DNA from: Candidatus Eiseniibacteriota bacterium
GTDB lineage: Bacteria > Arandabacterota > Arandabacteria > Arandabacterales > Arandabacteraceae
Direction of reading: 5' to 3'
NCBI GenBank assembly: GCA_043810925.1
Contig: JBDRNT010000012.1
Span: 1 to 63,311 of the forward strand
DNA length: 63,311 nt
The translations under genes were made by a program, and so were the position numbers. Shown here in pieces: positions 9,320 to 18,416 of this stretch (its first letter is position 1; each line of letters starts with the position of its first letter). The notes under the pieces were generated by a model. The model saw nothing but the letters and a program-made list of their open reading frames with translations, did not search any database and was not told where the DNA came from.

Positions 9320-9658
9320 ATGGGGCGCAAGATTCTACTCTTTGTCGTGATGGGGCTCCTGACTTTCGGACTGCTCGGAATTGCCCTCGCAGAAACCCCT
9401 CCCCGTAGAGACTACGGGGGTGACCCGGGGCCCAGACCTCTGCAGTGGGGCGATCCGGATTGGCCATCCTACAGCAGGGAAGCCGGTGTTGCACGGCGGC
9501 TTGCTGTGGAAGACGCAGATGCGACCATCCGGCCTGACGGCATGGATGCTCACAGGGCCCGGTTTGGCTCGGCCGGTCATGTCCGGGATAGGCACGGAGC
9601 GCCGTCAAGACGTTACGTAGTGAGGGTACTGGGACTCACCATTGTTATCCGGAGATAG
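9320..9658 (+). CDS. Small secreted protein / putative signalling pro-peptide with two GDP motifs
   Basis: GAAGGGAG RBS then ATG 9320; Sec signal MGRKILLFVVMGLLTFGLLGIALA; mature part has DYGGDPGP and QWGDPDWP; 112 aa; ends 2 bp before the TPR-bEBP start. Confidence 0.7.
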   Translation: MGRKILLFVVMGLLTFGLLGIALAETPPRRDYGGDPGPRPLQWGDPDWPSYSREAGVARRLAVEDADATIRPDGMDAHRARFGSAGHVRDRHGAPSRRYVVRVLGLTIVIRR

Positions 9659-9660
9659 CT

Positions 9661-11904
9661 GTGGACATAACCAGTGAGCTGAGTGATCTGCAGCACTTGA
9701 TTGCTGCGGGGAAGCTTAAGAGCGCAAGGGGCAAGTACAGGGCTATTGCCGACCGGATGCAGTGCTCCGGCGAAGAGGAAGAGCAACTGGTCCTTGAATT
9801 CCTCAAGGCGCAGATTCTTGCAGGAGAAGAGGACTACTCGACGGCCATCGGAATCGCCGACAGGCTTCTCGTACGGTTCAGGCAGCTTAATCTGAGGGAC
9901 AGGGCGGCAAGGTGTCACCTGCTTCTCTCGGGCCTGCTGCTTCGGACCGGTGATTACCGCAGTGCCAGATCCCATGCCGAGGCCGCGATCTACTTCTGTA
10001 GCTGGGAGCTGGATGACGAGGCCCTGCGGGGAGACGCGCACAACGATCTCGGGCTGGCGCTAAAGGATCTGGGTGTGTGGGAGGAAGCCGAGCGCCACTT
10101 CAGAGAAGCAATCGATGCCTACGCCGGCACCGGCGATGGTATGAGGAATCTGCGGGTATCACTCAACCTCGCCATTCTCCTGAGGAAGATGGGTAAGATC
10201 GCCCAGGCGAGCGATATATGTATAAAGGGCCTTGAGAAGTCGGAGGAGCTCAGTGTCCCGATAGGTGTCTGCCGCTACGGGCTTGAGCTGGCCAACATCA
10301 GCGTCATAAAGCGTGACCCGGATGAAGCGGCCGAGTACCTGCGTATTGCCAGAAAGGTCGCTGAGACCAATGGTTACAAGCGGGAGAAGCTCCTGGCCCT
10401 TGAGATCGATGGGGACTTGCTTGATCTTCGAGGTGACTCAGCCGGAGCCTTGACTACGTATGAATCCGGTCTCGACCTTTCCCGTGCCCTCGCTAAGGGT
10501 GGGGATCTCGAGGCGGAGTTCTTACGGCGTGCGGCGGCAGTGTGTCTTAAGATGGCCAGGATCGAGGACGGCAAACGTCATGTGAGCGAAGCTCTTGATC
10601 TTAACGATGAAGCTGATGACGCCTATGAACACGGTGTCTGTCTCCGGATTCTTGGTGAGCTCGAGCTTGGCGAAGGCATCGGGGGATGCGGGATTGAGCA
10701 TCTCGAAGAATCGGTTATGGCGTTGACGAATCTCTCACCCTGGTGTTCTGAGCTGGCCGCAGCCGAACTTGCCCTTGGTGAAGCACTTCTGGGACAGAAT
10801 GGCGGCAATGGCGCCGGCTCCGCTGTTGAGCACCTGCTTGCAGCCCGGCGCATTTACTCAAACCTCGGCGTGGGATCGGCGCTCCGGGCCCTCGATGACG
10901 TGATTTTCTCCTCCATTGCGGCAAGCCCGATCGGTCTTAAGAAGCAGATGGCACGGGATGGCAATATCCGTACGGTGTCACGCCACCGGCTGAATCCCGG
11001 GCAATACGGGATTGTGACGGAAGACGAGAGGATAGTCGGAGACCTCGCACGCTGGGGCCCGACGGAGGCACGCATACTCGTTGAGGGTGAGACGGGCGTG
11101 GGCAAGGAGTTGATGGCCAGGGCTCTGCACGCGATGAGCCGGCGCCGTGAAGGCGCTTTTGTGGCGGTTGACTGCGGTGCGCTAAGTGAGACTCTGGCGG
11201 ATAGCGAGCTTTTCGGTCATGTCCGGGGCGCATTTACCGGTGCCATGAAAGACCGGATCGGGTTGATTGAAAGTGCCAACGGCGGGACCCTGTTTTTGGA
11301 TGAAATCGGTGAGCTGAGTGAAGTTCTTCAGGTCAAGCTCCTGCGCGTGCTCGAGGACGGTATTGTGAGACGCGTGGGCGAGAATGTACCAAAGCGAATT
11401 GATGTCCGGGTGATCAGTGCGACTGCGCGTGACCTCTGGGCGGAGGTGGAGGCCGGGAGGTTCAGACGTGATCTTTACTACCGCCTGAAAACAGTTCTTA
11501 TAAGGATCCCTACCCTGAGAGAGCGCCCCTACGACATCGAACCGCTCCTCGAACACTATATGGGGGCATACGGTGACGGGCACGGCGTGACCATCGGGCT
11601 CAGCCCCGAGGCAAACACGGCATTGACCGCGTATGACTGGCCCGGCAACGTGAGAGAACTTAAGAACGTTGCCGAGGCGCTTATCCTCTCAAGCGGCGAC
11701 GGGGACACCGTCGATTGCGAGGAGGTGGCCGCTTTCCTGACGAATGGGACTGCCGAGATGGGTCTAAAGGACAGGATAGCGGATGTTGAGCACGAGGAGA
11801 TCGAGCGGGTTCTCAAGGTCTGTGATGGCAACAAGACCAAAGCCGCCCAGATGCTCGGCATCAGCAGGAAGACCCTCTGGCAGCGACTCAAGCAGGCGAG
11901 TTAG
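9661..11904 (+). CDS. sigma54-dependent enhancer-binding protein with N-terminal TPR sensory region and C-terminal Fis-type HTH
   Basis: ~420 aa of TPR-like repeats; Walker A GETGVGKE, GAFTGA, LFLDE, FRRDLYYRL, WPGNVRELKN; HTH GNKTKAAQMLGISRKTLWQRLK. Confidence 0.92.
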   Translation: MDITSELSDLQHLIAAGKLKSARGKYRAIADRMQCSGEEEEQLVLEFLKAQILAGEEDYSTAIGIADRLLVRFRQLNLRDRAARCHLLLSGLLLRTGDYRSARSHAEAAIYFCSWELDDEALRGDAHNDLGLALKDLGVWEEAERHFREAIDAYAGTGDGMRNLRVSLNLAILLRKMGKIAQASDICIKGLEKSEELSVPIGVCRYGLELANISVIKRDPDEAAEYLRIARKVAETNGYKREKLLALEIDGDLLDLRGDSAGALTTYESGLDLSRALAKGGDLEAEFLRRAAAVCLKMARIEDGKRHVSEALDLNDEADDAYEHGVCLRILGELELGEGIGGCGIEHLEESVMALTNLSPWCSELAAAELALGEALLGQNGGNGAGSAVEHLLAARRIYSNLGVGSALRALDDVIFSSIAASPIGLKKQMARDGNIRTVSRHRLNPGQYGIVTEDERIVGDLARWGPTEARILVEGETGVGKELMARALHAMSRRREGAFVAVDCGALSETLADSELFGHVRGAFTGAMKDRIGLIESANGGTLFLDEIGELSEVLQVKLLRVLEDGIVRRVGENVPKRIDVRVISATARDLWAEVEAGRFRRDLYYRLKTVLIRIPTLRERPYDIEPLLEHYMGAYGDGHGVTIGLSPEANTALTAYDWPGNVRELKNVAEALILSSGDGDTVDCEEVAAFLTNGTAEMGLKDRIADVEHEEIERVLKVCDGNKTKAAQMLGISRKTLWQRLKQAS

Positions 11905-11974
11905 GCGAAGTCCCAGGTTTTAATCCCTCAATCAGCTGATCCCAAAAATCCAAGCCTGACCCCATGGGTATTGT

Positions 11975-12156
11975 GGAAACGGTTTGGGTAACGAGGTAAC
12001 GGTTGGGATGGGTGGCAGCACGCCGTGCGCTCATCACCGACAGGCTCGCCGCGTCGCATATCATCTCTTTCTAATTGTATTTAAATGGGTTACGCCAGCA
12101 CTACGACGTTTGGCTTTTTTCGGCCCTGATCCGTGGCGGGTGGCCCTCTTCTTGCT
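11975..12156 (+). promoter_or_regulatory. sigma54 promoter region (putative UAS, IHF-like site, -24/-12)
   Basis: TGGCCCTCTTCTTGCT at 12141-12156 (GG-N10-GC); three GGWAACG repeats at 11975-12002; AT-rich TTTAAATGGGTTA near 12080-12092. Confidence 0.7.
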
Positions 12157-12237
12157 TTTATGCTCTGCCGGGCGAGCTCTCATAACTCGCTCGAGTCTGA
12201 CCTGCACTTCACCTGGTCGGATTGAGGAGGATACGTG

Positions 12238-12546
12238 ATGTCTCAGACGGCAGCCATCAGGCCTGTGAACAAAGCAACCCGCACGGTGTTTCCACAGACC
12301 TCTGCCCATCGGGCCCTGTACGGCCTTCCCAAGGAGATTGAAGTTGGACAGCATGATGCGGCCCCAGCACTCACGGCTGTTCGTCTCTGGGGCAACTATC
12401 CTCCACCCGCCTCCGCATCCCTTCGTTGCAAGTTTGGCGTCGAGGATATAGGGATTCCATCCCAGGTGGAGTGTAGCTGGGGCCACCATGCACAGTATGC
12501 CAGGGGCAAGGGTGGCTATTTGTCCGGGGGAACGGTCAAGGGCTAA
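12238..12546 (+). CDS. Small hypothetical protein downstream of sigma54 promoter (WGNYPP / RCKFG / SWGHH motifs)
   Basis: AGGAGG (12225-12230) 7 nt before ATG; 102 aa; no recognisable family. Confidence 0.55.
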   Translation: MSQTAAIRPVNKATRTVFPQTSAHRALYGLPKEIEVGQHDAAPALTAVRLWGNYPPPASASLRCKFGVEDIGIPSQVECSWGHHAQYARGKGGYLSGGTVKG

Positions 12547-12565
12547 GGGGCGCCTGTTCGACACA

Positions 12566-12602
12566 AGTGGCGCACAGGGGCGTCTGTGCGCCACTCCTCT
12601 TT
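12566..12602 (+). terminator. Hairpin / probable terminator
   Basis: Perfect 12-bp stem AGTGGCGCACAG-N6-CTGTGCGCCACT followed by CCTCTTTTCT. Confidence 0.55.
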
Positions 12603-12748
12603 CTGCATCAAGACCTTCTGTGATCATCACCTCAGAGGTTCACGATTTGCCAAAAGCTGAGTATAGTTGGGACAGACGAGCTACAAGAACCGTGCGGACT
12701 ATGCAGGCTTTTGCTTTAACAGGCCTGCCTGGGCAGGAGGCAGATTCC

Positions 12749-12943
12749 ATGGGACCAAGAACTGTTATCCCCTGCTTGGTTGCTTTGGTCAAAGGGGCAC
12801 TCACCCCGAGTGCTCGCGCGATGGTTGAGCATCCCAGTTGCGTGGGGCCGCCACCCTTATCACCAAGCCTGGCATCATCCAACGCCCCCATGACTCTTTC
12901 CTCGGGAAGCGATACTGTCCACAAAGAGGTGCACGTCGATTAA
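12749..12943 (+). CDS. Small hypothetical ORF (64 aa), possibly a decayed paralog of 12238-12546
   Basis: AGGAGG RBS before ATG 12749; shares GGGGC-NNN-CACCC nucleotide motifs with the upstream ORF, but in other frames. Confidence 0.3.
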   Translation: MGPRTVIPCLVALVKGALTPSARAMVEHPSCVGPPPLSPSLASSNAPMTLSSGSDTVHKEVHVD

Positions 12944-13113
12944 TCCTCCTGCCCAGAGGACGCACGCCGGCGCGCTTCCAAAACCGCTCACAAAATTCCG
13001 CCTCCGAATGCTATCTTGACGCGGATTGGGTTGCACGGGGAATTAGTTCAAGGTAATATCCCGGCAGGTCGTTTAAGTAAGGAGAGGGCTGTTTTGGAAG
13101 GAGGAGAAGTCAC

Positions 13114-13671
13114 ATGTTGATACTACTCATCGTCGTAGCAGTTATTGCCATAATTGTGATCGGGATGTACAACACGCTTATCAGAAAGAAGAACCAGGTT
13201 AGCAACATCTTCGCCACGGTTGATGCAATCCTCAAGAAGCGGTATGACCTGATCCCGAACCTTGTGGCCACGGCTCAGGAGTATATGGAGCATGAGAAAC
13301 ATGTGCTGACCGAGGTTACGAAGCTCAGGGCCAAGGCTCTCTCGGGGGACGCATCGGATGAGGAGAAGATCGAGATTGATCGCAAGATCTCGAAGGCGAT
13401 TCGCGGCATCCTGGTCGCGGTGGAGAATTACCCCAACCTTAAGGCCAACGAGAATTTCCTTCATCTCCAGGCTACCCTGAATGAGGTTGAAGAACAGATC
13501 TCGGCTGCACGGAGAGCGTACAACGCGGCGGTGACGGACTACAACAACGCTATCGAGGTGTTCCCGACAAATATAATGGCCAATATCATCAACTATCGCC
13601 GGAAACCACTGTTCGAAATAACTCCCGGAGAGCGTGAGGCTGTAGACGTCCACCAGCTCTTCCAGCGATAG
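13114..13671 (+). CDS. lemA: LemA family protein
   Basis: N-terminal TM; YN, KRYDLIPNLV, ENYPNLKANENF, ARRAYN, FP motifs. Confidence 0.95.
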   Translation: MLILLIVVAVIAIIVIGMYNTLIRKKNQVSNIFATVDAILKKRYDLIPNLVATAQEYMEHEKHVLTEVTKLRAKALSGDASDEEKIEIDRKISKAIRGILVAVENYPNLKANENFLHLQATLNEVEEQISAARRAYNAAVTDYNNAIEVFPTNIMANIINYRRKPLFEITPGEREAVDVHQLFQR

Positions 13672-13701
13672 CGGTCAAGAGCCGGGCGCGTCAGTCAAAC
13701 C

Positions 13702-14700
13702 ATGGCCTACCGAAGCGAATCGGATTTCGCACATTTCTATGCCACAGATCTGCACAAGGAGCTCAAGCAGCTTGATGTGCAGAGAAGGGCTGTGCTCAGG
13801 AAAGTGATGGTGGTCATTGCCATCGCGGTCGCGGTGATGGCCGCGGGCATCGCGTTCGTGGCTGCGTACCGGCTTCCGGCCAACGTCCTCATGATAGGCC
13901 TGTTTATGTGTGGAGGCGGGGGCACCTTCTTCTACAGATTTCTCATAAGCGGCTATGTCCATGAGTTCAAGTTGAGAATCATAAAGAAGATCATCGAGTT
14001 CGTGGACCCGGGTCTGGTCTACTCTCCAAAGGGGTTTGTCTCCAAGGTCCAGTTCAACTCGAGCCGGATCTTCCAGAGATTCCCGGACAGGATGAGGGGT
14101 GATGACCTGGTCGAGGGCAGGATAGGAAAGACAGACATCACCTTCTCGGAAGTCCATGCCGAGTACAAAACCCACTCCTCGTCTCGTCACGGAGGAAGGA
14201 AGAAGCAGTATCACACGATCTTTAAGGGGCTCTTCTTCAAGGCGGACTTCAACAAGAAGTTCTATGGGAAGACCGTGGTCCTGCCGGATACTGCTGAAAA
14301 GGTCTTCGGCGGCCTGGGTTCGTTCTTCCAGAAACTCAACTGGACACGTGGTGATCTCATCAAGCTGGATGATCCGGAGTTCGAGCGGTATTTCGTCGTC
14401 TACGCGGATGACCAGATAGAGTCGCGGTATATCCTCTCGACAAGTTTGATGAAACGGATTGTCGACTTCCGGAAGAAGACCGGTAAGCGGATCTTTTTAT
14501 CATTCGTCGGCTCAGAGGTTTTCGTCGCGGTTCCGTACAAGCGGGGACTTTTCGAACCCAGGGTATTCACGAGCATCACGGGTTTTAAGAGCGTGAAGGA
14601 GTACTTCGAGGATCTTCAGCTTGCGCTGGGTATTGTCGAAGATCTCGATCTCAACACACGAATCTGGAGCAAGACAAGCATTCCTTCAGAAACCCCGTAG
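13702..14700 (+). CDS. DUF3137 domain membrane protein (LemA-associated)
   Basis: Two TM helices; FKGLFFKADFNKKF, LDDPEFERYFVVYADDQIESRYILS, LDLNTRIWSK. Confidence 0.85.
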   Translation: MAYRSESDFAHFYATDLHKELKQLDVQRRAVLRKVMVVIAIAVAVMAAGIAFVAAYRLPANVLMIGLFMCGGGGTFFYRFLISGYVHEFKLRIIKKIIEFVDPGLVYSPKGFVSKVQFNSSRIFQRFPDRMRGDDLVEGRIGKTDITFSEVHAEYKTHSSSRHGGRKKQYHTIFKGLFFKADFNKKFYGKTVVLPDTAEKVFGGLGSFFQKLNWTRGDLIKLDDPEFERYFVVYADDQIESRYILSTSLMKRIVDFRKKTGKRIFLSFVGSEVFVAVPYKRGLFEPRVFTSITGFKSVKEYFEDLQLALGIVEDLDLNTRIWSKTSIPSETP

Positions 14701-14756
14701 CGTCGGGCCGCAGTGCGCGACGTAAAGGCCGTCGCCGCGGGAGCAACGACGCTACG
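14696..14756. repeat. GTAG-type REP-like palindromic element
   Basis: CGTAGCGTCG...CGACGCTACG terminal IR between convergent genes; related copies at 24840, 45471, 50265. Confidence 0.6.
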
Positions 14757-14764
14757 ACTTCCCG

Positions 14765-16135
14765 CTAGTAGGTGCGAAAGCGTAGGAAATTCGTCGATCC
14801 CCTTCGTGCGGTGAGTTCCACGCTCTGATACTCGTACCCGGCGATCTCGCTTCCGGGGGCACTGACGCTGAGACTATAGGTTCCGGGGTCGACATAGAGG
14901 ATCGCAACGTAGATGGCCCTGGGTAGTGAGAGCCACCCGCGAAGATCAGCGCGCTCCGTGGCAGCTGTCGCGACGTTTACGAGTCTTCCTGCCAACTTAC
15001 CCCACTTGTCTTCAGCTACGTCGCTGGCCTTGTACTTGATCAATGCGCGGACAAGCGTCTTGGCGAATATCATTGGCATGTCATGATCGAGCTCGGCCTT
15101 GGCCAGTGCAAAGATGTCTTCCGATATGGCAGGTCTTATGGAAAGATCATCGAGAAAGAGCATGGGGGCCGGTGGTCTTGTACGCTGCTCAGCGTAGCGT
15201 GGTACGGCGACCCGGAGGAAATACGCGATATCATCAACGTCAAATGAGTGTCCGTAAAGCCTTGAATAGGCGCCGACTGAGAATCCGTGCCTGTCATCCT
15301 GTACCCTCCGTGCTTCCGACTTGAGGATGGGGATATTCGCGGAGAGTTCCTGTTTGGGTGGCACAAATCCCTGCTCGACAAAGACAACGACCTTCGCAAG
15401 GGAATCTACTTGCGACTCTGGCCCACATCTTTTCCGGTCCTCGGGGCTCACACGTTCTATGTCATCGATGAAACCGAGCGCACCGGCTGTCCGCAGGAGA
15501 TCGCACGTCAGGTGGTCGGGATCGGAAAGCCCAAAGAGCTCCCCGTAGACTTCGTAGCCCCCGAGGGCATTGCGATAAGAGATCAGAGCATCGTTGATTT
15601 CACCGTCCCATTCATAGAGAATGCCGGTCAGATACTCAATGAAGGCATCACGCCGGTAGGGACGCTTGTCCTCTTCCGAATAGAGGGCGAGCTTGTCACT
15701 TGCCTTCCTGCATTCAACGATTGCGTCTTCCTTCTCACCGAGAAACATGTAGTTCAGGGCACGGAAGTAGTTTATCAGCACCTGCTCGAAGGACTTGGGT
15801 ACATATTCAAGTGCGAGATCGCTCGTTACAAGTGCGGCAGCTTCGCGCGATACGCTTTTGGTGTAAAGATCCTCACTGAGGATCTCGGCCCTATCGAAGA
15901 TATCGTTGCTCTCTTGGTAGCGGCCCACATAGTGAAGAAGCAGCCCTCTTTCGAGAAGAAAGAGTACGTCGCTTTCAGACTGGTCGATCTTCTCGAATTC
16001 AACGAGAGCCTTATCGTATTCCTCGCTTGCCATCAGTATCCGTATGGCACTCATGCGATCGGGATGCTGTGAGCAGGTAAGCCCCAGCGTGGCGCATAGG
16101 ATACCAAGTGCAACAAGCTGTATTGAGGTCCGCAT
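14765..16135 (-). CDS. COG3014-like TPR lipoprotein
   Basis: Lipobox-like LGLTC; LERGLLLHYVGRYQESN, INYFRALNY, EDAIVECRK, ERADLRGWLSLP; follows lpoB. Confidence 0.85.
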   Translation of the reverse strand: MRTSIQLVALGILCATLGLTCSQHPDRMSAIRILMASEEYDKALVEFEKIDQSESDVLFLLERGLLLHYVGRYQESNDIFDRAEILSEDLYTKSVSREAAALVTSDLALEYVPKSFEQVLINYFRALNYMFLGEKEDAIVECRKASDKLALYSEEDKRPYRRDAFIEYLTGILYEWDGEINDALISYRNALGGYEVYGELFGLSDPDHLTCDLLRTAGALGFIDDIERVSPEDRKRCGPESQVDSLAKVVVFVEQGFVPPKQELSANIPILKSEARRVQDDRHGFSVGAYSRLYGHSFDVDDIAYFLRVAVPRYAEQRTRPPAPMLFLDDLSIRPAISEDIFALAKAELDHDMPMIFAKTLVRALIKYKASDVAEDKWGKLAGRLVNVATAATERADLRGWLSLPRAIYVAILYVDPGTYSLSVSAPGSEIAGYEYQSVELTARRGSTNFLRFRTY

Positions 16136-16183
16136 ATCAGAGCATACCCCGGGAGGGGGAACGACTGTGATTATCACGCAAAA

Positions 16184-16783
16184 CTAGCTTGAAAATCTCT
16201 TGTGCTCGACCAGTTTCTTGATCTTCTCCTGGCCTATCCAGACCTTCCTGTTGGTCTGTATGTCGGTGAGCGTGAGATCAACCTGGTAGTAAACGGCTTT
16301 TGTCTTCTCCTCCTGATCGATAATAGTGGAGATGTAACCATTGAGCATGTAGTCCGCCCCCAGCTCCATGCCGAACTCCTTCACCGTCTCTTCGTCCGCG
16401 TACCTTGACTGGTCGGCCTTTTCTTCCCTGAGCTCCGTCCTCTCGATTGCGGAGGCAACGACATCCATCAGGCCGGAGTTAATGTATGCGCGCTCGATAT
16501 CCGAGATAAACGTCGTCACATTGATGTGTTCACTGCTCTTGTTCCTGACGATTCCCACGATGACGACGGGCCTCTTCGAGACATCCCGCATGTGTTCGCT
16601 GAGCCAGGGATGGTTGAGGCAGTCCTTGACCATGGTTTCCGACACCATTCTCGAGTCCGTGTCATTCCATCTGCCGGAAAGATCGGTGACCTCATCGGTC
16701 TCCAACCTTGTGACCACTTTCTTCTGGCAGGAAAGACCGAATACAAGACCCAAGCAGATTCCAATTACCATCAGTTTTTTCAT
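16184..16783 (-). CDS. lpoB: Penicillin-binding protein activator LpoB-like lipoprotein
   Basis: Lipobox FGLSC; DLSGRWNDTDSR, RNKSSEHI, GADYML, YYQVDLTLTD, VW...IKK. Confidence 0.85.
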   Translation of the reverse strand: MKKLMVIGICLGLVFGLSCQKKVVTRLETDEVTDLSGRWNDTDSRMVSETMVKDCLNHPWLSEHMRDVSKRPVVIVGIVRNKSSEHINVTTFISDIERAYINSGLMDVVASAIERTELREEKADQSRYADEETVKEFGMELGADYMLNGYISTIIDQEEKTKAVYYQVDLTLTDIQTNRKVWIGQEKIKKLVEHKRFSS

Positions 16784-17081
16784 TGCGGGAATTCCTCCTT
16801 TCGAACCTGTGTGCGACATTGAAAGCAGCAGGGGCAGTGCATAACCCTTCATCCTGCGATATGCTAACCTGCGCGCCGGGTACCAGTCAACCCAAAACCG
16901 TCACCTGCACGTATCGGGGTTTCTTATACGGCCACGGATACCGGCAGGACAACTGCAAACATGATGAAACAGAAGCGTGCGGGGCCTGCCCGTGAGTTGA
17001 CACTCCCTCCGCTGAGGCGCTGATGAACAGAGGGAACGTATCAACACACGGCAGCCGTGGTAAGTCCGGGGGCGACTCGAA

Positions 17082-17110
17082 TTGACAAACCGTCACCGTC
17101 TGAGTATCAT
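17082..17110 (+). promoter_or_regulatory. sigma70 promoter of hflX
   Basis: TTGACA-N17-TATCAT. Confidence 0.65.
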
Positions 17111-17135
17111 CGATCACTTGCAGAAAAGGAGATGA

Positions 17136-18416
17136 TTGGGTTTGCAGGTTCGTGAAAAGGTCATGCTTGTCGGGGTTTTTAAAGGCCAAAGCAATCGCGA
17201 GGATGCTGAGGAGTCTATGGACGAGCTCGCCGCGCTGGTGGAGACAGCGGGCGGCGAGGTCGCAGCCAGGGTCCTTCAGGAGAGAGGCTCGATACATCCC
17301 GCAACCTTCACCGGTAGGGGTAAGGTCGAGGAAATAGGGGCTTTGTGTGAGGAAAGAGACATAGACCTGGTGGTCTTCGATGACGATCTCAGCCCTGCCC
17401 AGGCACGGAACATAGAGGAACTGACCGGCCGGCGCGTGATCGACAGGAGCCAGCTGATCCTCGATATCTTCGCACTCGGGGCGCAAACCAGCGTGGCCAA
17501 GGCCCAGGTCGAGCTTGCGCAAATCGAATACACCCTGCCGAGACTGAGGAGGATGTGGGAGCATCTGTCACGGACCGGTGGGGGGATCGGCACCCGGGGA
17601 CCGGGTGAAACCCAGCTCGAGGTGGACAGGAGGCGGATCCGGAGAAGGATGTTCACGCTTAAGAAACAGCTCGGCAAGTTCGAACAGGACAGGGCCGTCC
17701 GGACATCAAGGAGAGGTCCGTTCGTCAAAGCAAGCCTTGTCGGATATACGAATACCGGCAAGTCCACACTATTTAATGGGTTAACAAAGGCGAACGTAAC
17801 GACGGGGGATCGCCTGTTCGAAACGCTTGATGCAACCACCAGGGTTCTCATGCTTCCCCTGAAGGAAGTCGTACTCCTGAGCGACACGGTCGGATTCATC
17901 AGAAAGATTCCCCATCACCTTGTGGCATCATTTCACGCAACGCTTGAGTGTGTAATAGATGCGGATATCGTCATCCACGTCGCAGATATAAGCCACCCCG
18001 GCTACGAGAGCCAGATAGCCACGGTGAGGTCGGTGCTTGAGGACATCGGTGCGAGCGGCAAGCATGAGATCCTCGTATTCAACAAGGTGGACGTGGTCAA
18101 GGACGAGGACGTGCTCAAACTTGCGCTTCGAAAGCACGAGGGTGCGATACCCCTGAGCGCTCTTTGCGGCTGGGGCGTTGATGCGATCAAGGAGCGTTTG
18201 CTTAAGGATGCCATGGGCAGGAAAGAGAAGATCACCGTCAGCCTGCCGCCGAAGGACGGTAAGATGCTGTCCTACCTTCACAAGTACGGGACGGTTCTCG
18301 GGCAAGAACTGGTGGGTGGAAGGCTGTCGGTCGTGGTCAAGATCGAACGCAGGTACATGAAACCACTGACCGACTACATAGAATCGCCGGTGCCGGAGGA
18401 AGGAAGACAGAATTGA
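17136..18416 (+). CDS. hflX: GTPase HflX
   Basis: LSPAQARNIE, GGGIGTRGPGETQLEVDRR, G1 GYTNTGKS, DTVGFI, NKVD. Confidence 0.97.
   Translation: MGLQVREKVMLVGVFKGQSNREDAEESMDELAALVETAGGEVAARVLQERGSIHPATFTGRGKVEEIGALCEERDIDLVVFDDDLSPAQARNIEELTGRRVIDRSQLILDIFALGAQTSVAKAQVELAQIEYTLPRLRRMWEHLSRTGGGIGTRGPGETQLEVDRRRIRRRMFTLKKQLGKFEQDRAVRTSRRGPFVKASLVGYTNTGKSTLFNGLTKANVTTGDRLFETLDATTRVLMLPLKEVVLLSDTVGFIRKIPHHLVASFHATLECVIDADIVIHVADISHPGYESQIATVRSVLEDIGASGKHEILVFNKVDVVKDEDVLKLALRKHEGAIPLSALCGWGVDAIKERLLKDAMGRKEKITVSLPPKDGKMLSYLHKYGTVLGQELVGGRLSVVVKIERRYMKPLTDYIESPVPEEGRQN

Noticed and set aside
12700-12716. Possible second sigma54 promoter (TATGCAGGCTTTTGCT) before the 12749 ORF
   Set aside because: It has the -12 TTGC but lacks the invariant GG at -24 with 10-bp spacing.
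16997-17045. Imperfect inverted repeat between lpoB and hflX
   Set aside because: Weak pairing, no U-tract and no second copy; no function can be supported.
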